The notes under the pieces were generated by a model. The model had not been told where the DNA came from. It ran no database searches and worked only from the letters and a program-made list of their open reading frames with translations. Both the position numbers and the translations under genes were made by a program. Below are positions 8,423 through 16,827 of a stretch of 32,000 bases of DNA, in pieces. The stretch comes from Exiguobacterium sp. 9-2 (GTDB lineage: Bacteria > Bacillota > Bacilli > Exiguobacteriales > Exiguobacteriaceae): the NCBI RefSeq assembly GCF_036287235.1, contig NZ_CP142850.1, positions 1,163,127 to 1,195,126 of the forward strand. The letters are read 5' to 3'. Positions within the stretch are counted from its first letter, which is position 1. Every line of letters starts with the position of its first letter.

Positions 8423-10147
8423 ATGCAACACACACGATGGCAATTAGAAACACTCTATACGATTGATGACGTCAAAGCAGGCATCGCTTCCATACAAACA
8501 GCATTGTCGAATCAGCCGATTGATGTGGCAGAACAGGTCGAGCGTTATCAGCAAGTCGCGCGCGACGTCGAAGAATGGAGCGACTTCATTTATTGTCTGT
8601 ACGCTGAAGATGTCACGCGCGTAGAAGTCCATCCATTGCTTGAAGAGATCGAAGTCGTCCAAGCGATGGTGCGCAGTGAAGTGGCAGCACTCGATACAAA
8701 GATCGCAGCTCTGTCACAAGAAGAGTGGGAAGCGCTCGTTACGGATTCACCGTACGCCTTTTTCTTAAACGAACGCCGTGACATCCAGTCCCGTCGTGCA
8801 CCACTGATTCAAGAACAATTGTTACAGGATCTCGGTGTGGATGGATTCCAGGGCTGGGGACAACTCTACGATCAGCGCTTCATGGCGTTACGGGTCGACT
8901 TGAACGGAAAGCAGGTCACGATTGGTCAAGGATTGCATGAAGCGATGTTCGCGCCTGATCGTTCGGCTCGTCTAGCGGCAGCAATTGCAGTTGACGCCGC
9001 TTGTGCCAAAGAGGCTGACTTGTTTGCGACGATCTTGAACCGGATCTCCGGCTTCAGATTGCAATCCTACAAGATGCGGAACTGGGAGCAACCATTGACA
9101 GAGTTGCTTGAGCAGAACCGGATCTCAGAAGCGAGCTTAAAAGCGATGATCGAAGCACTCGATCAGCACCGAGACCTCTTTCACGCCTATTATGTCCGCA
9201 AGATTGCCCAGGCAGAGCAGGTGACGGGAGAATGGCATGATTTTGAGACGAATACGTATCGTTCCGCGCGGCATGTTCCGTTTGAGACGGCACAGGCAAT
9301 CGTAAGCAAACAATTCAAACAGTTGAATCCAAAGCTCGGTGCTTTTGCTGAAAACGTGTTTAACGAGGGATGGGTCGATGCGGAGAATCGTCCCGGAAAA
9401 GCGGAAGGCGGATTCTGCGCTGCCTTTCCGATTGCAAAAGAGAGCCGGATTTTCATGACGTACCGTGACAGTTATCCAGACGTCGCGACACTTGCTCATG
9501 AATTCGGTCATGCCTATCATAATTATGTTCTGCAAGATGAACCGTATTTAAACCAAGTCAAAGGAACGAGTATCGCGGAGACGGCTTCAACATTCATGGA
9601 GAATCTCGTCCTCGATGCTGCGATCAAAGAGACGACGGAGCGCGAGGAAGTACTTGCTCTCCTAGAGGTCAAGATTCGAGAGGGGCTGAAATATGCCAGC
9701 ATCGTTCCCGGAATGTTTCGTTTCGAGCAACGTTTTTATGCGGAACGTCAGCATGGTACGATCAATGCTGAAAGGTTGAGTGAACTCTTACAAGAGGAAG
9801 AGCGCTTAGCCTATGGTCCAGTGCTGCCTGAACCAGCGCGCTACAAATGGATGTACATCAGTCATCTGTTTAATCCGAACCTTGCGTTCTACAACATTCC
9901 GTATACGATCGGTTATCTGCTTAGCAATAGTCTTTATCAGACGGTTCAAGCGGATCCGAGTCAATTTTCGACAGTTTTTGATGCCGTCATGCACGATTCC
10001 GGTCAAGCGACGATCGATGAAATCGTTAAACGTCACCTCGACGCCGATCCAACATCTATCGCGTTTTGGGTCGAAGCTCAGCAACCGCTCGTCCAGGCGA
10101 TTGAGCAGTATCTGTCGTTAACGGAATCCTCTCTCTCCGTCGATTGA
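8423..10147 (+). CDS. pepF: M3-family oligoendopeptidase (PepF-like)
   Basis: 574 aa. Zinc motif LAHEFGHAYH. SD aaggggga upstream. Confidence 0.85.
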   Translation: MQHTRWQLETLYTIDDVKAGIASIQTALSNQPIDVAEQVERYQQVARDVEEWSDFIYCLYAEDVTRVEVHPLLEEIEVVQAMVRSEVAALDTKIAALSQEEWEALVTDSPYAFFLNERRDIQSRRAPLIQEQLLQDLGVDGFQGWGQLYDQRFMALRVDLNGKQVTIGQGLHEAMFAPDRSARLAAAIAVDAACAKEADLFATILNRISGFRLQSYKMRNWEQPLTELLEQNRISEASLKAMIEALDQHRDLFHAYYVRKIAQAEQVTGEWHDFETNTYRSARHVPFETAQAIVSKQFKQLNPKLGAFAENVFNEGWVDAENRPGKAEGGFCAAFPIAKESRIFMTYRDSYPDVATLAHEFGHAYHNYVLQDEPYLNQVKGTSIAETASTFMENLVLDAAIKETTEREEVLALLEVKIREGLKYASIVPGMFRFEQRFYAERQHGTINAERLSELLQEEERLAYGPVLPEPARYKWMYISHLFNPNLAFYNIPYTIGYLLSNSLYQTVQADPSQFSTVFDAVMHDSGQATIDEIVKRHLDADPTSIAFWVEAQQPLVQAIEQYLSLTESSLSVD

Positions 10148-10189
10148 AGACGAATCGAAACGGGAACAGAAAAGTAGGGAGGGATGCGG

Positions 10190-10888
10190 ATGTATGAACA
10201 GGAGAAACAATTAGTCGCTGAGGCAGCACTAACTTACGTCAAGGACGGAATGATAGTGGGTCTTGGGACGGGTTCGACGACGGAACGGTTTATCAAGGCG
10301 CTTGGTCCACTCGTACAGGCTGGATTACAGATTCGTGGCGTGGCGACGTCGCTTGCGACGGTAAAGCTCGCTGATCAGTTACAAATCCCATTGATTGATC
10401 TGGAAGAGGGAATGGAAATCGATGTGACAGTTGACGGAATTGATCAAATCGATGGTCAGTTTCAAACCATTAAAGGCGGTGGCGGTGCATTGTTTCGTGA
10501 AAAAATTGTCGCCCTGATGAGTCGCGAATTGCTCTATCTGACCGATTCCTCGAAGTTCGTCCATCATTTAAGTGGACCGTTACCTGTCGAACTGGATTCG
10601 TTTGCCTTACCTTACGTGCGGCAACGTCTACGTGATAAGCATGTATCAGCAACACTACGCGTGAAAGATGATCGTCCCTTCGTTACAGATGGAGGTCACG
10701 TGATTCTTGACGTTGATGTATCAGCCATTTCGGACGTTCGATTATTCGCAAAAGAAGTGAAGAGCTGGTCAGGAGTGCTTGAGACCGGTTACTTCGAGCG
10801 ACAACCCGATCATGTCCTGACGGTCGAAGAGGGAAAGGTCAAACGCATCGCGCATCCTCGCCTGCGTGACGGTGGTGGGTTGGTTTAA
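10190..10888 (+). CDS. rpiA: Ribose-5-phosphate isomerase A
   Basis: Motifs [15 protein letters not shown] and KGGGGAL. I prefer ATG 10190 (7 nt after the ggagg core) over the in-frame ATG 10184, which abuts the SD. Confidence 0.9.
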   Translation: MYEQEKQLVAEAALTYVKDGMIVGLGTGSTTERFIKALGPLVQAGLQIRGVATSLATVKLADQLQIPLIDLEEGMEIDVTVDGIDQIDGQFQTIKGGGGALFREKIVALMSRELLYLTDSSKFVHHLSGPLPVELDSFALPYVRQRLRDKHVSATLRVKDDRPFVTDGGHVILDVDVSAISDVRLFAKEVKSWSGVLETGYFERQPDHVLTVEEGKVKRIAHPRLRDGGGLV

Positions 10889-10909
10889 GAAAAGAAAGAA
10901 GGAAACCGT

Positions 10910-11170
10910 ATGGGCTTGAAAAAACGGTATTTATTTGGAGCTGGCATCATTGCCGGAACGAGTCTACTTTTGTTAAGGAAGCGGGAACAGGGCACACAAA
11001 CAGATGCACTACGTGAATATTTAGCGCATCTCGATCAGGATCCGAGTCCGGATGCTGCGAAGGACCCGGATGAGGTCGGATTGACGAAACTCGATTCCAT
11101 CTATCGAGCTGAGTGGCAAGCGAATGGGTTCCCGCGTTCGCGGGTGGAGCTAGAAGAGCTGGAAAAATAG
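10910..11170 (+). CDS. Small N-terminally anchored hypothetical protein, 86 aa
   Basis: From the ORF track. SD gaaggaaac upstream. One TM helix (YLFGAGIIAGTSLLLL). Composition matches the flanks. Confidence 0.6.
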   Translation: MGLKKRYLFGAGIIAGTSLLLLRKREQGTQTDALREYLAHLDQDPSPDAAKDPDEVGLTKLDSIYRAEWQANGFPRSRVELEELEK

Positions 11171-11198
11171 AAAAGTAGTAATTAGCTAAGAAGTATTT

Positions 11199-11240
11199 AA
11201 ACGGCTTGAGTCCAAGATTTGAACGGGCTTTAGCCGTTTT
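11199..11240 (+). terminator. Probable terminator of the 86-aa gene
   Basis: aaacggct (11199-11206) pairs with agccgttt (11232-11239), or an inner aacgggct/agccgtt alternative applies. A T-run follows. Confidence 0.5.
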
Positions 11241-11499
11241 AATTATAATTGAAGTTTTTTAATAATATATCATTGTCGTCTCATGAACTTCTAAGAACTC
11301 TAGTCTATGTAACGACTGATCTGGGTCTCATCATTCAGTAGAGGTGCAAAGTAAGAGTCATGACTATTATGTAAAATAGAACTATTTTACTTCACACATT
11401 GAACAAAAGTGAAAAACAACTCTCAAACCCTCTTTTCCTAAACTGCTTTCTGATAAGATGTGGATTATATCCAATGCGATTCGAGAGGAGATTCATTGA

Positions 11500-11916
11500 G
11501 TGAAGACGTTTTTTAACATCAACATATCGAGCTTTTTGTATGCCGTCGCTTTATTCGTTCCGTTGCAAATCATGCTAAATATCAATCGAATCATGAGACT
11601 TACGAATATGTCTTCAGGTATGTTTTGGACTTTGAATATCATGATTGGATGGATCACTTTAATCAGTATTCCTTTTTTGATTAGACAGATCACTTTCAAA
11701 TCCACTCTACATAAATCGTTTGAACGAATCACCTGCCTCTCCTGGTTCGTCTACTATGTGTTATTCACATACATCACTAGCCGAATCATTCCAATCAAAA
11801 ATGGGGGAGATATGCCAAGCCCTGTTCTTGGCCTCATCTTAATCCTGATATTGTCAAGCTATCCTCTCTATATAATAATTTCGAAATGGCTCATCGTGGA
11901 TCGAGAGTCGAAATAA
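11500..11916 (+). CDS. Hypothetical four-TM membrane protein, 138 aa (AT-rich islet)
   Basis: GTG start with SD gagaggag about 9 nt upstream. Four hydrophobic segments. I recognise no motif. Confidence 0.55.
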   Translation: MKTFFNINISSFLYAVALFVPLQIMLNINRIMRLTNMSSGMFWTLNIMIGWITLISIPFLIRQITFKSTLHKSFERITCLSWFVYYVLFTYITSRIIPIKNGGDMPSPVLGLILILILSSYPLYIIISKWLIVDRESK

Positions 11917-12070
11917 GGTATGAAAAATCCGTAACATCAAGGAGGCATATTTTGAAAAAACGCTATTTATACTTTTATTCGACAGCGATTATTCTGATCG
12001 GGGAGGCATCTATTCATATAAATCAGGATACATCCCTCGCTCAACTCCCTATATAGAACGAAAGCATGAA

Positions 12071-12505
12071 GTGCTGATGGATGCTAAGACCGTCAATTCA
12101 GTCAATCGAAAAGACTATATCGAAAGATCGATGCGATATATGGCTAGCTTTGCACCTTATTCAACGGGGGATTCCATCACAAAGAAGTCGACAATGAGCG
12201 AATTGAGGACAAAGATTGATACGATGCACGATATCGAACAGTCCTTCCAATTCAAGTCGGATGATCCAGAATCAGAATCTTTACGGAAAGTAGCAAAGAA
12301 CTATACTTCTTATATCGAGGCGCTCGAATATGTTGCGAGCAACATGCATGGTAAGGAGTCGATGAACATCGATCAAGTAAACTACTTGAAGAGCGTTTGG
12401 AATGAGGTCGTCACACCTGCACGTCATATAAAAAGTGAGGTCGGTCGTTCACAAGAAGGCGAAGCCGTCATGTTTGAAAAAGAGATCACCATAGTCTGGT
12501 CCTAA
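12071..12505 (+). CDS. Hypothetical soluble protein, 144 aa as drawn; the frame is open upstream to 11924 (see findings)
   Basis: From the ORF track. There is no SD before GTG 12071, whereas a strong SD + TTG sits at 11939-11954 in another frame. Confidence 0.5.
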   Translation: MLMDAKTVNSVNRKDYIERSMRYMASFAPYSTGDSITKKSTMSELRTKIDTMHDIEQSFQFKSDDPESESLRKVAKNYTSYIEALEYVASNMHGKESMNIDQVNYLKSVWNEVVTPARHIKSEVGRSQEGEAVMFEKEITIVWS

Positions 12506-12608
12506 TATGTTAAGAGCTAATTGATAAGAATGTAGTAATGTATAAGACATGTCTCTATGAGAAGAAATCCCTTCTTTGTAATACGAAATAAGTAGTTGAT
12601 CATAAACT

Positions 12609-12644
12609 AAACAGCCCTAGATCAATGGATCCAGGGCTGTTTTC
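12609..12644. terminator. Hairpin terminator shared by the islet and the convergent DUF350 gene
   Basis: aaacagccct (12609-12618) pairs with agggctgttt (12633-12642). Confidence 0.7.
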
Positions 12645-12651
12645 ATGCGTT

Positions 12652-13056
12652 TTAATATGTAAGCGACCCAGCAATGATCAAACCGATCGAAATCGATAAG
12701 AAGAGGAGCAGCAAGCCGACTGCTTCGTTGTTCGCATCAATCTCTTTTGTCATGCTTAAGCGTGGGATTAGTAAATCCGCGAGATAGAACAAGACGATTT
12801 GTAAGACGATTGCGAGTGCACCCCATAAGACCATATCGAGAATGCTGACGGAGTTCGAGATACTCGAATAGAGGACGATGGCAAGACCGAGAATACGTCC
12901 ACCGAATGCATAAACGGCTGCTTTCTTACCATTACGGATTAATTCCAGTTCCTTTGATTTCGTCGTTACCTCGAACAGGACGACACCAATTGCAAGGAGT
13001 ACGGTCGCGACACCGATATACGTAAGGGTCGAGAGGAATAAGTCACTGAATGTCAT
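12652..13056 (-). CDS. DUF350 family membrane protein
   Basis: ATG 13056 with SD ggagg 7 nt upstream. 134 aa with 4 TM segments. The track's 173-aa version reads through the SD and the upstream small gene. Confidence 0.7.
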   Translation of the reverse strand: MTFSDLFLSTLTYIGVATVLLAIGVVLFEVTTKSKELELIRNGKKAAVYAFGGRILGLAIVLYSSISNSVSILDMVLWGALAIVLQIVLFYLADLLIPRLSMTKEIDANNEAVGLLLLFLSISIGLIIAGSLTY

Positions 13057-13069
13057 GTTGGTACCTCCA

Positions 13070-13237
13070 TCATGATTTTTTATTTTTTTTGCGTTGTTCG
13101 TATGCGACATACAATTCAAGCAGTGCTCCGACGAGAATGCCTGCTGATACATACAAATAGAAGTTGTCACCAATGAATCCGAACACGAGTCCTAAGAGAA
13201 GACCGATCAGGATATAAGGACCTTTTGTTAACTTCAT
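13070..13237 (-). CDS. Unlisted small membrane protein, 55 aa
   Basis: My own translation: MKLTKGPYILIGLLLGLVFGFIGDNFYLYVSAGILVGALLELYVAYEQRKKNKKS. SD aggtg lies 6 nt upstream. The stop is 13 nt before the DUF350 start. It falls below the track's length cut-off. Confidence 0.55.
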   Translation of the reverse strand: MKLTKGPYILIGLLLGLVFGFIGDNFYLYVSAGILVGALLELYVAYEQRKKNKKS

Positions 13238-13292
13238 ATCAATCACCTGCCTCTACTTTAAAGGTAGCGGATTTCAGAGGTGACGTCCATCG

Positions 13293-14408
13293 TTATTCTT
13301 GGAAGCTGACGGCAGATTCTGCATTAGGAGAAAACAGGACGACTTGATTCCGTCCTTGTTGTTTTGCTTGATAAAGCGCGGCATCCGCATCCGGTAAGAG
13401 ATGGTCGATTTGAGATGTCGTCTCATCATACGCGGCTAAACCAAATGATGCTGTAAGTGGCAGATCGGTCGTCGCTAGTCGGAACGGGCTGCAGGCGATA
13501 CGTTCACGTAATTGCTCTGCTAAAGGAATCACTTCAGCGAGCGGAACGCCTTCAAACAAGACGGAGAACTCTTCACCGCCGTTACGAGATAAATACCCGC
13601 TCTCTGCGACGCCATCACGCAGTCGGCTGGCAAACTGACGTAGCACTTCGTCACCCGCTTCATGTCCATACGTATCGTTGATCTGTTTAAAATGATCAAT
13701 ATCGATCGTCAACAACACGATGGACTGTTTGTTCAAGATCAATCGTTGTTTGAGATCCGTGAAGTATTCGTTAAAAGCACGTGAATTATTCAATCCCGTC
13801 AAAAAGTCGAGTTGTGCTTTCTGCCGAAGCACCCGTAACGACTGTTTCGTCAGGCGGATATCACGAATGATCAAAAGGGCGAGCCAACTGCTAACGAAAG
13901 AAGCGGGAATGACGACCGACATGACCTCGAGTAAGAGGATTTGTTTCGGTAAGACGATCCATAAGACAAGGGCATGCAAAGCCGTCGCATAGAGCGTCAC
14001 GAGTGTAAAGGTCCGTTTTGCGTAAGGCGGCATTTCACGAACAATCAGACTCGTTCCGAGGGCGACAGCGACGATGAAACCAAATGCAGTGAATGCAGCC
14101 AAGTTCGTTCCCAGACTAAAGCGATAAACAATGATCGCGACCGTCACGATCGTTGTTGGAATAACGCCTCCAAAGTAGGCGGCGACAATGACCGGAACAT
14201 GGCGCAAATCAATCATGACGCCGGGGGCTGCTTCGATTGTCATCTGCATGAGCAGTAAGGAGATCATGCTCAGGGCAAGACCATACAGTACGCGGGTGAG
14301 ACGTGGAGATTCTCGCGTGATCGGAAGCGGTGATAATTTTCCAAGTAGATAAAAACCAGCCATTAATAGCGTCACGTTATGTAAGACGTCAAAAAGGATG
14401 CTTTTCAT
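13293..14408 (-). CDS. dgcK: Membrane diguanylate cyclase, 5TMR-LYT-like N-domain + GGDEF (B. subtilis DgcK/YhcK-like)
   Basis: About 190 aa of TM helices including DLRHVPVIVAAYFGG. The GGDEF domain has an intact NGGEEF motif. No RxxD motif lies 5 residues upstream of it. Confidence 0.8.
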   Translation of the reverse strand: MKSILFDVLHNVTLLMAGFYLLGKLSPLPITRESPRLTRVLYGLALSMISLLLMQMTIEAAPGVMIDLRHVPVIVAAYFGGVIPTTIVTVAIIVYRFSLGTNLAAFTAFGFIVAVALGTSLIVREMPPYAKRTFTLVTLYATALHALVLWIVLPKQILLLEVMSVVIPASFVSSWLALLIIRDIRLTKQSLRVLRQKAQLDFLTGLNNSRAFNEYFTDLKQRLILNKQSIVLLTIDIDHFKQINDTYGHEAGDEVLRQFASRLRDGVAESGYLSRNGGEEFSVLFEGVPLAEVIPLAEQLRERIACSPFRLATTDLPLTASFGLAAYDETTSQIDHLLPDADAALYQAKQQGRNQVVLFSPNAESAVSFQE

Positions 14409-14513
14409 GAATCGTCCATCCTTTCGAAAAAAGTACGTTATTTAAGAAATATACGCCATAAACGGACTAACTCCTGTTTATCGAAAAAATAAACTCTTCC
14501 CATCAATTGTGTC

Positions 14514-14519
14514 TATAAT
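14514..14519 (+). promoter_or_regulatory. Candidate -10 box TATAAT for the 3-hydroxybutyrate operon (poor -35)
   Basis: tataat at 14514-14519. The hexamer 17 nt upstream is aaactc. Confidence 0.3.
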
Positions 14520-14611
14520 GTGAACTTATGATTTCTATAAGCTGTACTTATGGTTTTAGGGAATTTGATTGACCTCCTCGACACTGCATTGTTAAATGAT
14601 GAAGAAGCGGT

Positions 14612-14626
14612 ATGAAAGCGCTTACT
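14612..14626 (+). promoter_or_regulatory. cre (CcpA) site ATGAAAGCGCTTACT
   Basis: Matches every fixed position of WTGNAANCGNWNNCW. Lies in the leader, 22 nt before ATG 14649. Confidence 0.6.
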
Positions 14627-14648
14627 AAATTTGAAGGAGATCTTACTC

Positions 14649-16088
14649 ATGGAACTCGTCATCATTCTTCTTGCCTTATCTTTATTGATGTTCGTTGCCT
14701 ATCGTGGTTTTTCGGTCATCCTATTTGCACCAATCTGTGCCTTGTTCGCCGTCTTACTGACGAACCCGGACTGGGTGTTACCATTCTTCTCGAATATCTT
14801 CATGGAAAAGATGGTCGGCTTCATCAAAGCATACTTCCCGGTCTTCCTCCTCGGAGCGATTTTCGGAAAAGTCGTTGAGATGTCCGGTATCGCGGAGTCG
14901 ATCGCAAAGACAATCATTCGTATGATTGGTGCGAAGCGCGCTATCCTTGCCATCGTCTTACTCGGCGCCATTCTTACATATAGCGGCGTCAGCTTATTCG
15001 TTGTCGTATTTGCTGTCTATCCGTTCGCTGCGAACTTGTTCCGCGAAGCAAACATCCCGAAACGACTCATTCCGGGAACGATTGCCCTTGGTGCGTTCAC
15101 GTTCACGATGGATGCCTTACCAGGAACACCTCAGATTCAGAACGTCATTCCGACGACGCTCTTCAAAACGGATATCTACGCTGCGCCGATCATGGGTTCA
15201 GTCGGTGGATTGTTCATCCTAGTCGTCGGCATGTGGTATCTCGAGTCACGCAAGAAAAAAGCCCATCAAGCAGGTGAAGGATACGCTGGATTTGAAGCAA
15301 CGGCGGCAAGTGCCGCACCGCAGATGGAGTTGAAGAACGAACCAGAAATGACGCTCGAGACGGATCGTCAACCAGTCTATCGCCAAGTCCTTGCCTTTGT
15401 CCCACTCGTCCTTGTTGCCGTAATGAACAAAGTCTTTACACTCTCGATTCCGAAATGGTATCCAGAAGGATTCGATTTTTCAGCAATCGGTCTAGAAGCA
15501 TTCGGAAAGATCGAGACACCCGCTGTTCTTGCGATCTGGTCCGTTCAAATGGCATTGTTGATCGGAATTCTCGCAGCGATGCTCTATGACTTCCGAAAGA
15601 TCAAGACGAACTTCCAAACTGGTCTGAACGTCAGTATCGGTGGTGCGCTCTTAGCGGTCATGAATACAGGTGCTGAGTATGGCTTCGGTGGCGTCATCGC
15701 GGCGTTACCAGGATTTAAGTCCGTCTCAAGCGGAATCTCGGAGACATTCACGAATCCGCTCGTCAACGGAGCCGTCACGACGACGACGCTTGCCGGTGTC
15801 ACCGGTTCCGCATCAGGCGGGATGGGGATCGCGTTAAGTGCGATGTCGGATAAATATACGCAGGCAATCACATCGGGTGGCATACCACCGGAAGTCATGC
15901 ACCGCGTCATCTCGATGGCGTCCGGCGGAATGGATACGTTACCGCATAACGGTGCCGTCATCACATTACTTGCCGTCACGGGCCTAACGCATCGTCAGTC
16001 GTATAAAGACATCTTCATGATTACGATCCTCAAGACAGTGACGGTCTTCTTGATGATCGGATTGTATAGCTTGACTGGTTTGTACTAA
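14649..16088 (+). CDS. GntP-family permease (B. subtilis YxjC-like; probable 3-hydroxybutyrate/acetoacetate importer)
   Basis: ATG 14649 with SD gaaggaga 8 nt upstream. About 12 TM segments. It is the first gene of a scoAB-bdh operon, as in B. subtilis yxjC-scoA-scoB-bdh. Confidence 0.8.
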   Translation: MELVIILLALSLLMFVAYRGFSVILFAPICALFAVLLTNPDWVLPFFSNIFMEKMVGFIKAYFPVFLLGAIFGKVVEMSGIAESIAKTIIRMIGAKRAILAIVLLGAILTYSGVSLFVVVFAVYPFAANLFREANIPKRLIPGTIALGAFTFTMDALPGTPQIQNVIPTTLFKTDIYAAPIMGSVGGLFILVVGMWYLESRKKKAHQAGEGYAGFEATAASAAPQMELKNEPEMTLETDRQPVYRQVLAFVPLVLVAVMNKVFTLSIPKWYPEGFDFSAIGLEAFGKIETPAVLAIWSVQMALLIGILAAMLYDFRKIKTNFQTGLNVSIGGALLAVMNTGAEYGFGGVIAALPGFKSVSSGISETFTNPLVNGAVTTTTLAGVTGSASGGMGIALSAMSDKYTQAITSGGIPPEVMHRVISMASGGMDTLPHNGAVITLLAVTGLTHRQSYKDIFMITILKTVTVFLMIGLYSLTGLY

Positions 16089-16112
16089 GAGTTTAGAAGG
16101 GGGCATCATCAG

Positions 16113-16814
16113 ATGAAACAGGGGAAAGTATACGCATCATTCGCGGAAGCGACAGCAGACATCTTTGACGGGGCGACGCTAGTCGTAGGGGGCTTCGGAC
16201 TCTGCGGAATCCCGGAAAAATCTATTACGGCGTTACAAGAGAAAGGCGTCAAGGATTTGACGGTCGTCAGTAACAATTGTGGCGTCGATGATTTTGGACT
16301 TGGTCTCCTCTTGCAGACGCGACAAATCAAGAAGATGATTTCGTCGTATGTCGGGGAAAATAAGACGTTTGAACAACAGTACCTCAGTGGCGAGATCGAA
16401 GTCGATCTCGTTCCCCAAGGTACGCTAGCGGAACGTATCCGTGCCGGTGGTGCTGGTATTCCTGGTTTCTATACACCAACAGGCGTCGGGACACCGATTG
16501 CTGAAGGAAAGGAACAAAAGAAGTTCGACGGGAAGACATATCTGCTCGAAGAAGGAATCGTCGGCGATTTTGCGATTGTCAAAGCATGGAAAGCAGATCG
16601 TCTCGGGAATCTTGTCTTCCGGAAGACATCACGCAACTTTAACCCGATCGTCGCGACAGCTGGAAAAGTAACGATCGTCGAAGTCGAAGAACTCGTCGAG
16701 GTCGGCGAACTCGATCCGAACGAGATCCACACGCCTGCTGTCTACGTCCAGCGCATCGTTGTTGGAACGGATTATGAAAAACGCATCGAACGCCGGACTG
16801 TCCGGGAAGCTTGA
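16113..16814 (+). CDS. scoA: 3-oxoacid (succinyl-CoA:acetoacetate) CoA-transferase subunit A
   Basis: [10 protein letters not shown] motif. 233 aa. Confidence 0.92.
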   Translation: MKQGKVYASFAEATADIFDGATLVVGGFGLCGIPEKSITALQEKGVKDLTVVSNNCGVDDFGLGLLLQTRQIKKMISSYVGENKTFEQQYLSGEIEVDLVPQGTLAERIRAGGAGIPGFYTPTGVGTPIAEGKEQKKFDGKTYLLEEGIVGDFAIVKAWKADRLGNLVFRKTSRNFNPIVATAGKVTIVEVEELVEVGELDPNEIHTPAVYVQRIVVGTDYEKRIERRTVREA

Positions 16815-16827
16815 GGAGGAGATCGAT

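Noticed and set aside
10883-10906. GTTTAA-N12-GGAAAC, a SigB-like pattern before the 86-aa gene
   Set aside because: The -10-like element is the gene's own SD (gaaggaaac), ending 3 nt before the ATG. No leader would remain.
13057-13173. 173-aa version of the DUF350 ORF
   Set aside because: The extension reads through the SD (ggagg) of the real start at 13056 and through the coding region of a separate 55-aa ORF in another frame.
14524-14552. ACTTATG direct repeat (14524-14530, 14546-14552) and CTTAT-N7-ATAAG inverted repeat just downstream of the 3-hydroxybutyrate operon -10
   Set aside because: The units are only 5-7 nt in AT-rich DNA and no adjacent regulator gene exists. It could be an operator, but the evidence is too thin to claim.
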